Shown piece after piece: positions 25,356 through 38,154 of a stretch of DNA of 64,000 nucleotides. Origin of the DNA: Octopus vulgaris (lineage: Eukaryota); NCBI GenBank assembly GCA_951406725.2, contig OX597826.1, forward strand, positions 50,096,001 to 50,160,000, written 5' to 3'. How positions within the stretch are numbered: position 1 is the stretch's first letter; each line of letters begins with the position of its first letter. The position numbers and the translations under genes are program-made. Below the pieces are notes generated by a model. That model was not told the DNA's origin, did not search any database, and worked only from the letters and a program-made list of their open reading frames with translations.

Positions 25356-25752
25356 AGGCGGCGAGCTGGCAGAAACGTTAGCACGCCGGGCGAAATGCGT
25401 AGCCGTATTTCGTCTGCCCTTACGTTCTGAGTTCAAATTCCGTCGAGGTCGACTATGCCTTTCATCCTTTCGAGGTTGATAAATTAAGAACCAGTTATGC
25501 ACTGGGGTTGATGTAATCGACTGAATCCATTTGTGTGTCCTTGTTTGTCCTCTCTGTGTTTAGCCCCTTGTGGGTAGTAAAGAAATAGGTATTTCGTTTG
25601 CCGCTACGTTCTGAGTTCAAATTCCGCCGATGTCGACTTTGTCTTTCATCCTTTCGAGGTTGCTAAATTAAGTACCAGTTGCGTACTGGGGTCGATATAA
25701 TCGACTGGCCCTCTCCCCCCAAATTTCGCGTCTTGTGCCTAGAGTAGAAAAG
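25356..25752 (+). mobile_element. SINE family B, full-length dimeric form
   Basis: 18-bp TSD AATATCATTTTAATTGTT (25338-25355, 25753-25770); tRNA head; duplicated B box and core; tail TTGTGCCTAGAGTAGAAAAG. Confidence 0.92.
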
Positions 25753-25755
25753 AAT

Positions 25756-25935
25756 ATCATTTTAATTGTTTATTGCTGGGCACAAGATATGTCTCAAGAT
25801 GTTATTATGCAAGAGTTTTCTGTCTGTAGTCGAACTACAGTCGTTGATTGGTGTAATTTCTGACGGGAAGTACGTGATATTTGTCTCCAATAGAATCCTA
25901 TAGAAATCGGCGGTTTGGATGCTAATGGACATGTC
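25756..25935 (+). pseudogene. Merlin (IS1016/IS1595-related) transposase fragment
   Basis: My translation IILIVYCWAQDMSQDVIMQEFSVCSRTTVVDWCNF*REV...IEIGG matches the Merlin TVVDW.NF.REVC...IGG motif; two in-frame stops. Confidence 0.7.
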
Positions 25936-26299
25936 TAAAGAAATGGTAAATATGTTGGAAATCTAACAAGTAAGTCATTATGAACCAGATTTTCATACAA
26001 GTAAAATGAAACAGACACATTGACATGTACCTCGTATCTGTCGGTTACCGAGAGAATGCGTTACTAGTTACATTCTTCAGATCTTGTCGGGTTGATCTTT
26101 ACGGCAGAAAGAAAAGCAAACGAAGGATCTGGCCCGCGAAAATCGCTTCTTCGAGCGACGAAACAAGTGAGCATGAACATGTCACTGCCCAAAATGGGAT
26201 ATTGGTACGAGTGCTTCATCCAAGTTTTCCGTATGCGGCAGAACAAAAAGAAAAATGTCTGAACTTACATCATATTTAACGAGTATTGACTGCTTTATA

Positions 26300-26626
26300 G
26301 GTGAAAGCGCATGGCTCAGTGGTTACGGCGTCGAACTACGACCCTGAGGCTGTAAGTTCGAATCCCGGACCGGGATGCGTGTCGTGTTCTTGAGCAAGAC
26401 ACTTTATTTCACGTTGCTCCAGTTTACTCAGCTGTAGAAATGAGTTGCGACGTCACTGGTGCCAAGCAGTATCGGCCCTTGCCTTTCCCTTGGATAACAC
26501 TGGTGGCGTGGAGAGGTGAGGCCGGTATGCATGGGCGACTACTGGTCTTCCATAAACAACCTTGCCTGGGAGGCTAACTTTCTAGATGCAATCCCATGGT
26601 CATTCGTGACCGAAGGGCGTCTCCGA
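26300..26626 (+). mobile_element. tRNA-derived SINE family C (Nin/Deu-like core), full length
   Basis: 11-bp TSD ACTGCTTTATA; A box TGGCTCAGTGG, B box AGTTCGAATCC; core TGTTCTTGAGCAAGACACTTTATTTCACGTTGCTCCAG. Confidence 0.85.
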
Positions 26627-26638
26627 ACTGCTTTATAC

Positions 26639-27499
26639 AAATGATTCCCAAAGTGGGTGATACAACCCCCTTGGGGACAGTGGAAAGATCCAGGGGGCGT
26701 TCAAAAAAAGTGGGGCGATAACGGGGAGACAAATGGGAGGGGGGTTAATGGGGTGGCCAACAAGGGGCGATAATGTGGTGGCCAAAGGGAGGCGATAATG
26801 GGGTGACCAAAAGGGGTAATGTCGTGGTGGTCAAAAGAGGGTGACAATGATGTGGCCAAAAGGGGGCGAAAATGGAGTAGCCAAAAGCAGGCGATAATGG
26901 GGTGGCCAAAAGAGAACAATAATGGGGTAGCCAATAGGAGATGTAATGGGGGGGGCAAATAGAGGGCGATAATGGGGTGGCCAAAAGAGAGGGGAATCGG
27001 GTAGCCAAAAGTAAGGGTAATGGGGTGGTCAAAAGGGGACTGTAATGGGGTAGCCAAACGAGAGCGATAATTGGGTGGCCAAAAGAGGACAATAATGGGG
27101 TAGTCAAAAGGGGAAATAATGAGGTGGCCAAACGGGGGCGATGATAAGGTGGCCAAAATGGAAGGTAATGGAGTAGCCAAAAGCAGGCGATAATGGGGTG
27201 GCCAAAAGAAGAAAATAATGGGGTAGCCAACAAGAGGTGTAATGGGGTGGCAAACAGGGGGTGATAATGGGGTGGCCAAAAGGGAGGGGAATAGGGTAAC
27301 CAAAAGTAAGGGTAATAGGGTGGCCAAAAGCGGGCGATAATGATGTGTTAAAAACAACAAAATAGTGGGTTAATTAGGATAAATTTTGAATCTGCTGCAG
27401 AAGACGGTCCGTGTTTGTGGTGGTGAGATGGGGTCGGGTGCTAGGAATGTGGCCTGGATGCCAAAGGGGCGGCAGCTGAAAAACGTTTGGGAACCACTG
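26639..27499. mobile_element. hAT (Buster/Charlie-like) non-autonomous element carrying a minisatellite
   Basis: Ends AAATGATTCCCAAA ... TTTGGGAACCACTG; 8-bp TSD CTTTATAC/CTTAATAC. Confidence 0.7.
26705..27350. repeat. G-rich minisatellite, about 21-bp unit (GATAATGGGGTGGCCAAAAGG)
   Basis: About 30 diverged tandem units; source of the LLATPL-repeat ORFs. Confidence 0.9.
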
Positions 27500-28409
27500 C
27501 TTAATACCAACACAAATCAATACTAGTTGCCTCAGTTTCAACTTGATGTTGGTTTTCTGATTTGCTATTCTGCTCTGTTGAGCATCTCACTTTCATTTTT
27601 GTCTCGATGAAACAAGTCCCATGTAACATGTCTCGATTTAGTGAGTGTTAATCAAGTTTTTTTTGTTTTTTTGTTTTTGCTTTTAGAGAACGTCTGCTTA
27701 ATCCATTATTACAATCCAATACGTACTTGCTGTCGTTGTAATTCCTATTAAGCAAATGAAACCTGTGTAATGGTAAATATATAATACCAATAAATTTCCC
27801 AGCTTCATGCTTCATATTCTGTTTGTTTTGTGTGTGTGTGTGTGTGTGTGTGTGTACGTGCGTGTGTGTGTGTCTACAGATAGTGTCAATGTTTTCCGTT
27901 ATATATTGTTGTTTTTGTTGTTGTTGTTGTTGTTGTTGTTGTTATGCTAATCTGACCGACTTATTCACGTTAGGACCACTTTTTTGTAACCCAGATGTTT
28001 GAAGGCAAAAATTCCTACGTAGCCCTTGAGGAAGGCTGAGTGGGGGGGGGTAGTGGAATTATAACAGCAAGCGTTAAAGAGGCCCCCGGTGGAAATATAA
28101 TAATGCATTCACGAGATTTTAAAATCTAGCAAAATGGAAATTGCTGAATGGGCGTTCAGCTCCGACGAATATCCAGGAATTTATCATTATTATTTTTATT
28201 ATTATTATTACTATTATCATTATTATTATTATTATTATTAATGAGGGGGAGGGTCAGGCAGCGAAATAAAAAAACAAAGTAGGAAAATACAGAGTAAATG
28301 AAAGAAAGAAACTTGGCTTTGGCTTCCGTTGAAATGAAATGTTTGCCTTCAGCAAAACAATCCAGCCTTGTTCAACTGATTGACATCCAACCAGGCAGAA
28401 ACAATGACA

Positions 28410-28473
<64 letters not shown>

Positions 28474-28534
28474 AAGAGTAAGTTGGACACATAGAGAGGA
28501 AAATGAGTGTTAGTATGATTGCCAGTATGTGAAC

Positions 28535-28570
<36 letters not shown>

Positions 28571-28688
28571 GCATATATGTATATATGTATATGTGTATGT
28601 ATGTATGTATGCATACATATATATTTAACACACACACACATACACAAACATATGCATGCATAGATACATGCATAGATACATACACATA

Positions 28689-28736
<48 letters not shown>

Positions 28737-28856
28737 GAGATGAGCGCATATGTGTTTATATATGTATGTATATGTGCGTGTGTGTGAGTCTGTGTGTGTG
28801 TGTGTGTGCGTCTGTGTGTGTGTGCACGTCTTTGTGTGTGCATGTATGTGTGTGTG

Positions 28857-28888
<32 letters not shown>

Positions 28889-29381
28889 CATGCAAAAACA
28901 CGTATGCATTTATGGATACAGAGTTAAGTTTGAGAGAATTATGATTCTGATTTTAAATTATATATACCCATGTTTTTTTACATAATGTATGTGTATGTGT
29001 AAGCAAATATACATGTACACATACATACATACATACAGACAGACATAATATACATACATACATGCAATGCATATATACAAGCATACATATATATACACAA
29101 ACATACATATACATATCGATAGACATACATATATATAAATGCACACTAACATACACACACGCATACATACATGCATGCATACATAATACATACATACATG
29201 CATACATGCATGCATACATGCATGCATACATACACACATGCATACATACATGCATGCATACATAATACATACATACATACATGCATACATACATGCATAC
29301 ATACATGCATGCATACATACATACATACATACATACATACATACATACATGCATACATACATACATACATACATACATACA

Positions 29382-29412
<31 letters not shown>

Positions 29413-29510
29413 GTCCATATGTGCGTGTATGGATGTCTTTTTATGAAGTTTTTCATATAGACCAAATAACGATTAAAGAGCCTGATACACATTTCCGTAA
29501 AAAACGTACA

Positions 29511-29561
<51 letters not shown>

Positions 29562-29716
29562 CTACACACTCATACACATATAAACATTCATTTACATGCA
29601 CACACATATACATATATGTATTTGAGCACATTCATTTATTAACGACTCAGTACATTTTTAAAGAACAATCCGCCCACGCACATGCAAAAACACACGCACA
29701 AATCCCAACACCAACT

Positions 29717-29798
<82 letters not shown>

Positions 29799-29842
29799 CT
29801 GTGTATGTATGTATGCACAGACATTTATATACATATAGATAG

Positions 29843-29895
<53 letters not shown>

Positions 29896-29897
29896 TA

Positions 29898-30131
29898 ATG
29901 AGGCGCATGGCTTAGTGGTTAGGATGTTGAACTCATGATCTTAAAGTTGTGGTTTCGATTCCTGGACCGGGCGATGCGTTGTTGTTCTTCAGCACTTCAT
30001 TTCACGTTGCTCCAGTCCACTCAGCATCCAAAAATGAGAAATCCTGCGACGGACCGTCTAGGTGGGGAATTTCTATACCATTGAAACCGGCAAACCGGCC
30101 CTTATGAGCTTGGCATGGCTCGAGAAGGAAC
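29898..30131 (+). mobile_element. SINE with family C head/core and family D-type tail
   Basis: GCGCATGGCTTAGTGG head; TTTCACGTTGCTCCAGTCCACTCAGC core; tail GGCTCGAGAAGGAAC. Confidence 0.8.
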
Positions 30132-30159
30132 ATTTATATATATATATATATATATACTC

Positions 30160-30480
30160 GGTAAGTGTCTTTTGCTATAGTCCCGCGTTAATTAATGCCT
30201 TGTAAGTGAATTTGGGAAGCAGAAACTATGGAAGTCAGTCGTATAGCAATATGTGTGTGAATGCGTGAGTGTGTGCATGTTTGTGTGTGGGATTGCGTGA
30301 GGGAGATGCGTGGGGAAGATGCGTATGTATGCTTGTATTTGTCCCCCTCTCCGTTCGACAAGGGGTGTCGGTTGTTTTACATCCCCATACCTTAGCGGTT
30401 CGGCAAAAGAGTCCGATAGAATAAGTACCAGCTTTCAAAGTGGTGCTGTAGTATGACCTGTCCAATGACTGAAACAAGTA
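30160..30480 (+). mobile_element. SINE family A, 5'-truncated old copy
   Basis: CTTAGCGGTTCGGCAAAAGAG..CGATAGAATAAGTAC and tail. Confidence 0.7.
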
Positions 30481-30494
30481 TAGATGTGTGTGTG

Positions 30495-30525
<31 letters not shown>

Positions 30526-30594
30526 ATTTATATATATATACGTGTATATTTTTTGATTGCCTCGATAACTGACAAGATGTCGGAGGAGGCTTAC

Positions 30595-30679
<85 letters not shown>

Positions 30680-30683
<4 letters not shown>

Positions 30684-31103
30684 TATATACGTAGGTATAT
30701 GTATATACTTACATATATATGTATATACATATGCATATACAGGTACAGGACGTCATAAAACGTAACCTATGAAATACGAAAAAAACATGAAGTACGAATA
30801 CGAAAACATGGAATACGAGCATCTTTTGCGAACAACGAAAGAAACAAATGGAAAACAAGACAAGTAACATAAAGAACGACCCTTCATCAGTTGTTGATTG
30901 TTTTATCTACTCCGCATTTCGAGCAATTACGACAAGATGCGCCTTCGTCACAACAGTTACTCCTGCAAAGCAAATTGAATAAAATTTGGGATTTGCGGAG
31001 GTTCAAAGTTGGTAACAAAAACAGGACAGTAAAAACAAACAGTAAGGGCTTGTAAGCCATAATGTGATGAGGTGGCGAACGTTGAAGAAACAAGCTTTGA
31101 CAG

Positions 31104-31105
<2 letters not shown>
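30680..31105 (-). mobile_element. Microsatellite-embedded TACAGGAC-family element
   Basis: Flanked by (TA)n on both sides; shares its leader with the 10120, 44117 and 51418 copies and its body with 15320-15506. Confidence 0.6.
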
Positions 31106-31144
<39 letters not shown>

Positions 31145-31148
<4 letters not shown>

Positions 31149-31392
31149 CAAGAAAGTTGTGGATCCAACCAAGGGATAATATCTATCCAATATACTGCTG
31201 GTAGAATGCTACCTATCCAATAAGCTACTGGTAGAATACCCACTTAATAATACATAAGTTTTTTTTTATTGCATTGCAATTACATTACCGAGTGTACTAA
31301 ATGGGTGAAGGTAAAGAGATATTATACCTTTAATTTATAGAGCAATAAGAAAATGGAGGGGATCAATAGGTGGTTCATCAACTTTTAGGTAA
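31145..31392. mobile_element. Penelope-like terminal fragments
   Basis: 31145-31275 matches 50530-50620 in reverse; 31338-31392 (GCAATAAGAAAATGGAGG...) matches 58235-58288 in reverse and the arm ends of 50021-50480. Confidence 0.55.
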
Positions 31393-31409
31393 TATATTAT
31401 GTCAATATA

Positions 31410-31812
31410 CTCTCTTTTTACTCTTTTACTTGTTTCAGTCATTTGACTGCGGCCATGCTGGAGCACCGCATTTAGTCGAGCAAATCGACCCCGGAACTTA
31501 TTCTTTGTAAGCCCAGTACTTATTCTATCGGTCTCTTTTGCCGAACCGCTAAGTGACGGGGACGTAAACACACCAGCATCGGTTGTCAAGCAATGCTAGG
31601 GGGACAAACACAGACACACAAACACACGCACACATACATATATACATACATATATACGACAGGCTTCTTTCAGTTTCCGTCTACCAAATCCACTCACAAG
31701 GCCTTGGTCGACCCGGGGCTATAGCAGAAGACACTTGCCCAAGATGCCACGCAGTGGGACTGAACCCGGAACCATGTGGTTGGTTAGCAAGCTACTTACC
31801 ACACAGCCACTC
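31410..31812 (-). mobile_element. SINE family A, young copy
   Basis: Near-identical to 450-858. Confidence 0.92.
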
Positions 31813-31848
31813 CTTTTATATATATAGCCACTCCTTTTATATATATAG

Positions 31849-32077
31849 TTGAAATTTACTGAAGAATAAAAGACACGTCTATAAACAACAAACAGGCGTA
31901 TTACGAGGAGTGTATGAAAAGTTTTGTGCCTTCAAGGCCTTTGATCCTTGAAGTCTTGTACCTTCATCAGAAGTCTTGTACCATGTTTGTTTTTTTTAGG
32001 CTCAAGACTTTTCATACATCCCTCGTAGTTTGACGCGCAGGAAGGTGAGAAAGTCTTTAACGTTTCGAAAGTCTTTT
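31849..32077 (-). mobile_element. HHR-element subfamily 1, 5'-truncated and interrupted by a MITE
   Basis: Minus strand TCGAAACGTTAAAGACTTT...GCGTCAAACTA|ATACGCCTG...CAACTATATA matches 7289-7392. Confidence 0.7.
31904..32025. mobile_element. mariner-type MITE (122 bp)
   Basis: TA-CGAGGAGTGTATGAAAAGT...ACTTTTCATACATCCCTCG-TA; splits the host element at a TA. Confidence 0.85.
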
Positions 32078-32082
32078 ACATA

Positions 32083-32166
<84 letters not shown>

Positions 32167-32215
32167 TGTGTATGTGTGAATGTGTGTGTGTGTGTGTGTG
32201 TGTCTGTGTGTGTGT

Positions 32216-32257
<42 letters not shown>

Positions 32258-32314
32258 GTGTGTGCATGTATGTTCTCTTTTCCATTGTTGGAATGTAGAT
32301 AGCGAAAACAATAA

Positions 32315-32505
32315 TACATTTTAAATTTGAGAAAAGTCTTGCATATTTTTACTGTTCTTCTTGCAGATTGTATTCGCAATGTGCGAGTAAGTTGATTGAT
32401 TTCTTTTTTGTGAAAATCCAAACTTAGATAGATGGTTAGTTAGGCATTTACCCACAAAACCAAGTGCACCAATTATTTGGGTAAATGTAAATTTATAATC
32501 AAGAA
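32315..32505 (-). mobile_element. R4/Dong-clade LINE ORF C-terminal remnant
   Basis: YKFTFTQIIGALGFV..L.KFGF / KEINQL..L.IQS..RTVKICKTFLKF resembles the C-terminus of restriction-like-endonuclease LINEs (PIIIGALG...GT.KI). Confidence 0.7.
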
Positions 32506-32506
32506 T

Positions 32507-32678
32507 AGGCGCAGGAGTGGCTGTGTGGTAAGTAGCTTGCTTATCAACCACATGGTCCCGGGTTCAGTCCCACTGCGTGGCACCTTGGACAAGTGTCTTC
32601 TGCTATAGCCTCGGGCCGACCAATGCCTTGTGAGTGGATTTGGTAGACGGAAACTGAAAGAAGCCTGTCGTATATATG

Positions 32679-32749
<71 letters not shown>

Positions 32750-32995
32750 TTGTATGTATGTATGTATATGTTTGCGTGTCTGTGTTTGTCCCCCTAGCAT
32801 TGCTTGACAACCGATGCTGGTGTGTTTATGTCCCCGATACTTAGCGGTTCGGCAAAAGAGACCGATAGAATAAGTACTGGGCTTACAAAGAATAAGTCCC
32901 CGGGGTCGATTTGCTCGACTAAAGGCGGTGCTCCAGCATGGCCGCAGTCAAATGACTGAAACAAGTAAAAAAAGTAAAAGAGAGAGTAAAGAGTA
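32507..32995 (+). mobile_element. SINE family A, full-length young copy
   Basis: Near-identical to 450-858. Confidence 0.92.
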
Positions 32996-33343
32996 AATAT
33001 AGAAGCTGGAAGTTTCGAAGCAGTCGTACATAGTTATCCTCTTTCTCTTTGATTTTCAGAGATATTCATATCAGTAGGACAAGGGACCTCGATGACAGCA
33101 CATGCTTTTTCTTCTCGGTCTCAAATAACAATATCTGGCCTGTTATGCTTACATTACACAGTACTCCTTGTGTTGATGTTTATGTATGTATTCAATAAGA
33201 GAGGGATTCTCAGTCGTTTTTTTTTTTCCCCGAATGGCATTGCATACAACTTTTGCATCAACGTCGTGTCGCATAGGGAGGTAGAACTTTGATGACATTT
33301 TTTAGTTGCTGTTAATCACACGTGTGATGTTATTATATATGTA

Positions 33344-33570
33344 TGGGTGGCGAGCTGGCAGAAACGTTAGCACGCCGGGCGAAATGCGTAGCCGTATTTC
33401 GTCTGCCGTTACGTTCTGAGTTCAAATTCCGCCGAGGTCTACTTTGCCTTTCATCCTTTCGGGGTCGATTAAATAAGTACCAGTTACGCACTGGGGTCGA
33501 TATAATCGACTTAATCCCTTTGTCTGTCCTTGTTTGTCCCCTCTATGTTTAGCCCCTTGTGGGTAGTAAA
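33344..33570 (+). mobile_element. SINE family B, monomeric
   Basis: Head and core; ends GGGTAGTAAA; flanks share ATATATGTAT. Confidence 0.88.
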
Positions 33571-33937
33571 TAAATATATATGTATGGGTGGATGAATGGA
33601 TTGATAGATGGATGGATGGAAGGAAGGAAGGAAGGAAGGAAAGAGCTTTGCCGTTAATCACAAGGAAGTACGAGCTGGTATGTTATATCATGCTTTCGCT
33701 AATCGTTTTAGGTACCTCTGTAGTCGCAGGTAGACATAGACACCCTCTAGGGTCTCCCACCCTTTACTCGGAGTGATAGTGAGTATCTGACATCAAGCAG
33801 AATAAAGAGCTGCACCAAAAGTCGGCTGTTACTCAATTAAAATTTAAAATAACGGGAAATGAAGTCAAGGACACGACGTATCACCCTATTCATGAATCTA
33901 ACCCATCACCTTATGATCGGAACCCTAACACTCTAAC

Positions 33938-34170
33938 CTATTTCTTTACTACCCACAAGGGGCTAAACACAGAGGAGACAAACAAGGACAGACATACGGA
34001 TTAAGTCGATTATATCGACCCCAGTGCGTAACTGGTACTTAATTTATCGACCCCGAAAGGATGAAAGGCATAGTCGACCTCGGCGGAATTTGAACTCAGA
34101 ACGTAGCGGCAGACGAAATACGGCTACGCATTTCGCCCAACGTGCTAACGATTCTGCCAGCTCGCCGCCT
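33938..34170 (-). mobile_element. SINE family B, monomeric
   Basis: TSD ACACTCTAACC. Confidence 0.88.
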
Positions 34171-34401
34171 TACACTCTAACCACTAGGCTACACACCTTC
34201 TCTCATATATACAGGAATAACTTAAAACTTTGTTTACATTATAGACGTAAATTCAGAGCTGTTGCACTCAAGATGCCATGTTTGTTGTTACTACTGTTGC
34301 TGCTATTTATGTTGCTGTTGTTGTCGTTGTTGTGCTGCTGCAGTTGTTCCGCCACTACTGTTGATGTTGCTATCGTTGTCGTTGTTGCTACTGCTGTGGT
34401 C

Positions 34402-34885
34402 TTCTTCTTCTTCTTCTAATCAGGACTCACGCCATTAGCCACAAAGAATAATCTCTAATTCGAGCCTACTCTAAGCTACTAAGAATGCGTGTGGCAACTT
34501 GAAGATCCACCCACCACACGCGATAGAACTGGCGGTTGTACGATCGCGAAAGCTACGTTGTTATCCTCATCCCGTTAACTATGGCTTTTAACGGGTGGAG
34601 AGCTGAACCATCATGGGGTACAGAGGATTCGCAATCTAGACTAGGGTCTGAAAGTTTACCACACCATAGTGGGTTACACCATGGTTCCTCTGGTTTCTGG
34701 CAGAAGTAGGAAGAAAGTGTGAGAGAAAGTTGTGGTGAAAGAGTACAGCGGGGTTCACCACACCCCACACTCCCGCCGGAGCCTCGTGGAGCTTAGGTGT
34801 TTTTGCTCAATAAACACTCACAATGCCCGGTCTGGGAATCTAAACCGCGTTCTTACGACCTAACCACTGAGCCATTGCACCGCCA
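34402..34885 (-). mobile_element. SINE family D-like head/core with a different ~300-bp tail ending in (AGA)n
   Basis: 34705-34885 aligns with family D; the downstream part is unrelated to the 15693 tail and ends TTAGAAGAAGAAG. Confidence 0.6.
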
Positions 34886-35177
34886 CACTGCTGTAGTTGT
34901 TGCTACTGTTGTTATAGTTGCTACTATTGTTGTTGTTGTTCTTGTTGCTGTTGCCGATGATTGTTGTTGCTGTTCTACCCTGCTCGAATAAACCTTTTAG
35001 CCTGAGACATTCCAACCATAACCATCGTGTCTTTTACATCAGACATCGTCTGTCTATCCAACGAGTTATTTTTAAAAGACTATACAATTAATTTCAGGAA
35101 GACTTGGATAATATTTCTCGTAGATCGAGAGACCATGTAGAGGCTTCCGTATATGTATGTAAGTTTGTGTGTGTATA

Positions 35178-35212
<35 letters not shown>

Positions 35213-35361
35213 AAGAGAAAGAGAGAGAGGGAGAGAGAGAGCACGTGCGCGCGACCATGCGTGTGTGCTTGAGTACGTGTGTGGATATTTCGTGAGTGTA
35301 TCTGTGTGTTTGTATGGATATGTGTTTGTGTATATGCGTTTCTCTATGCTTCCAAACACAC

Positions 35362-35410
<49 letters not shown>

Positions 35411-35560
35411 TGCTTGTATGTGAGTGTGTATGTTTTTATTAATGCATTTGTATCAGTATGCTGCATCAGTTAATATGTGTGTGTGTGTGTGTGTGTGGAT
35501 CCACTAAGTCTAAGAACAAGGTTTCAACAAAGAGAGATAAATGGAATGAACCAACAAATA

Positions 35561-35636
<76 letters not shown>

Positions 35637-36480
35637 ACACGCGCTAGTTGGCGTTCAAATACATTTGCCATTCGAGCTTTAGTTTTGTTGTTTTCGCTTT
35701 GTGTCGAGATTTTTTGTTTGTTATTTTTTTTTTTGGAGGTGGGGGTGGATTTCCTTTTTCACCAATAATTATCAAAGACTCATGCTTCACGGAGTAATTC
35801 TGCGGATTCTAACTCAGAACTATAATTTGAGTTACCACAAAGTGTTAACGAGATCCTCCAATCATCTCCCTGCCTATTGTCGGTACAAAAAAACAAACAG
35901 TAACCGATCGTCCTACTTCATTAGGTTGTATGATTACCAAAGAATTATGTGGGTTTAGCGGTGGGGATAAAACACCAAGTGGATACTGTTGCGGAATTCT
36001 GATACCTTTAAGGACTAGTCATCGTTGGTGCGGAGGAGAATGGTACCAATGACCGTTTTCAGGATCTCTGAGACTGAAAAGAGAGATCAAAGGGGTTTTC
36101 CCCTCAAATAGATCTGGCCTGCATACTTATAACAGAACGGACCCTACTAAGGGCACAGAAGGATAAGGTGGTTGTGCTGAATTGGTCAATGGATTAAGTG
36201 TGCCACTCCAAGAACAGCGGATGATCTCTATGGAGGTAGTGGTGGTGGGTGTTTTCTTCAGAAATTTCGTAAACCAAATATCACTCATAAGCTTGTTTCC
36301 TCAAGATACCACGCAATGGGATCGAACCTAAAAACCTCGCAGCCACGAAACAAAAATTCTTAGCCATACAGCCATACCTGCAGTTATGTTGAATACATTG
36401 AGAGACATCGAACTAAATTGGATTGTAGGCGACAGAATCGATAGAGCGTCTGACAAAATGCTTTGCGGTAATTTGCGCTA

Positions 36481-36712
36481 AGGCGGCGATCTGGCAGAAA
36501 CGTTAGCACGCCGGGTGAAATGCTTAGCGGTAATTCGTCTGCCGCTACGTTCTGAGTTCAAATTCCGCCGAGGTCGACTTTGCCTTTCATCCTTTCAGGG
36601 CCGATTAAATAAGTACCAGTTTCGCACTGGGGTCGATATAGTCGACTTAATCCGTTTGTCTGTCCTTGTTTGTCCTCTCTGTATTTAGCCTCTTGTGGGT
36701 AGTAAAGAAATT
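36481..36712 (+). mobile_element. SINE family B nested in an older family B-like copy
   Basis: Young monomer; older head at 36430-36475 resumes at about 36720. Confidence 0.85.
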
Positions 36713-36814
36713 GGTAATTAATTACGTATCTTTATGTTTTGAGTTCAAATTTTATCTATAAAATCCTCCCGAAATCGATAAACCTAGTGTAGTATTGGAT
36801 TTGTATCTTTCTAA

Positions 36815-37431
36815 TGAATTATGCGGCTGGCGATCCACATGTGGCCCTCAAATACGAGTATCTCCCGATATAATATTGGGTTTCTGTAGTACTTTCCTTA
36901 AAACATCTTTAATATCTTTCTGTCCTGACTCTGAAGTACTAACTGCAAACATGAAGATTCAGTAAAAGCTTTCAATGAACAAAAATTTATCAGTCTACTA
37001 CGTTAATTAGTTAAACTATGTAGTGGTGTATTTTCCTATTTATAAATAAAATTTTTTTAAATATTTTGATACTGGTTGACTATAAATAAACGGAGGCTTC
37101 TCAAAGTCATAGCACGGTTTCTCTCTCGCGGTACATTCACCGTTTCCGCCAGAAGGCGCTTTGAAATTAGCGTTGGTGTATTTTAACAGTCATTGTTGGT
37201 GTATTGCATAAACCGAGGATTCTACTTACTAACAAACAGCAGCGAATATGGCCTTTGCATAGGTCAAATATGCCCCAAACATATTTGAACTAATCAAAAC
37301 GTTTATTTACTCGCATCACTGCGTTTGCATGCCTACTACAATAATTAAAAAATTACATTTTTACGGCCCTTTAACGTTAAAATTTTTTTATTGTATTTGG
37401 TATCTTCTTATCAAATAACTTAGACACCCTG
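36815..37431. mobile_element. Decayed hAT-type MITE
   Basis: CCACATGTGGCCC subterminal motif at left; right end TTAGACACCCTG followed by GTCTACAC. Confidence 0.4.
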
Positions 37432-37976
37432 GTCTACACCAACCCTTCGTAATTTGTTCTTCACCAATAACAGAAATCATTATTTTAAATTAAATAATTT
37501 TGATTTAATTTTGTACGCTGAAAAATCTGCAGGGAAAGTCAGAGATTGCACAATGCCAGATTAAAGGCTTAAGAATATCTAGCACCAAATTAAATCCTTG
37601 CTAATACCCAGTTTCGTCACTTTGGATTCTCAATTGAAATCCAGACCGAACTGACTTTTTCAGCTCTCGGGTGTAGATAAAATAATAAACCAGGCATAAA
37701 CTTCATCTATTCAATCGACTGTACCCTACTTTCTAAGTTAGTTGTTTTGTGCCCGTATAATAAAATATCAATATCAGTATGCTTAGCACTGTGGCACCAT
37801 TGAAGACTATCTCTTTGGATTCCCCTGTGATTTATTACTAACAATATCTTGATATCTGTTCTCCCCTAAGACTCCATCTAAGTCTCGTTATAAAAGAATG
37901 ATCATTGTTTATTATTATTATTATTATTATTATCATCATCATCATCATCATCATCATTATTATTATTATTATAATT

Positions 37977-38047
<71 letters not shown>

Positions 38048-38154
38048 CATTATTGTAATTATAATAATAATAATAATAATATAATTGAATTAGAGAGCGA
38101 TTCATGTCATCAAAGTGACACTGGGGTACAAAAATATGAAGCTCAATATATCTT

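Noticed and set aside
26300-26375. tRNA gene
   Set aside because: A and B boxes are present but run into a SINE core bounded by TSDs; it is a SINE head, as are similar heads elsewhere.
26701-27360. Possible CRISPR array or repeat protein (LLATPL)n
   Set aside because: Contiguous degenerate tandem units with no unique spacers, inside hAT termini in a eukaryotic context.
28953-29642. ORFs up to 200 aa of YVCM/HTYI repeats (also around 10.3, 17, 24, 46-48 and 60 kb)
   Set aside because: Stop-free microsatellites that are open in several frames on both strands.
35780-36230. Complex-looking sequence that could be an exon or retroelement
   Set aside because: Stops in the frames I translated and no motif I recognise; left uncalled.
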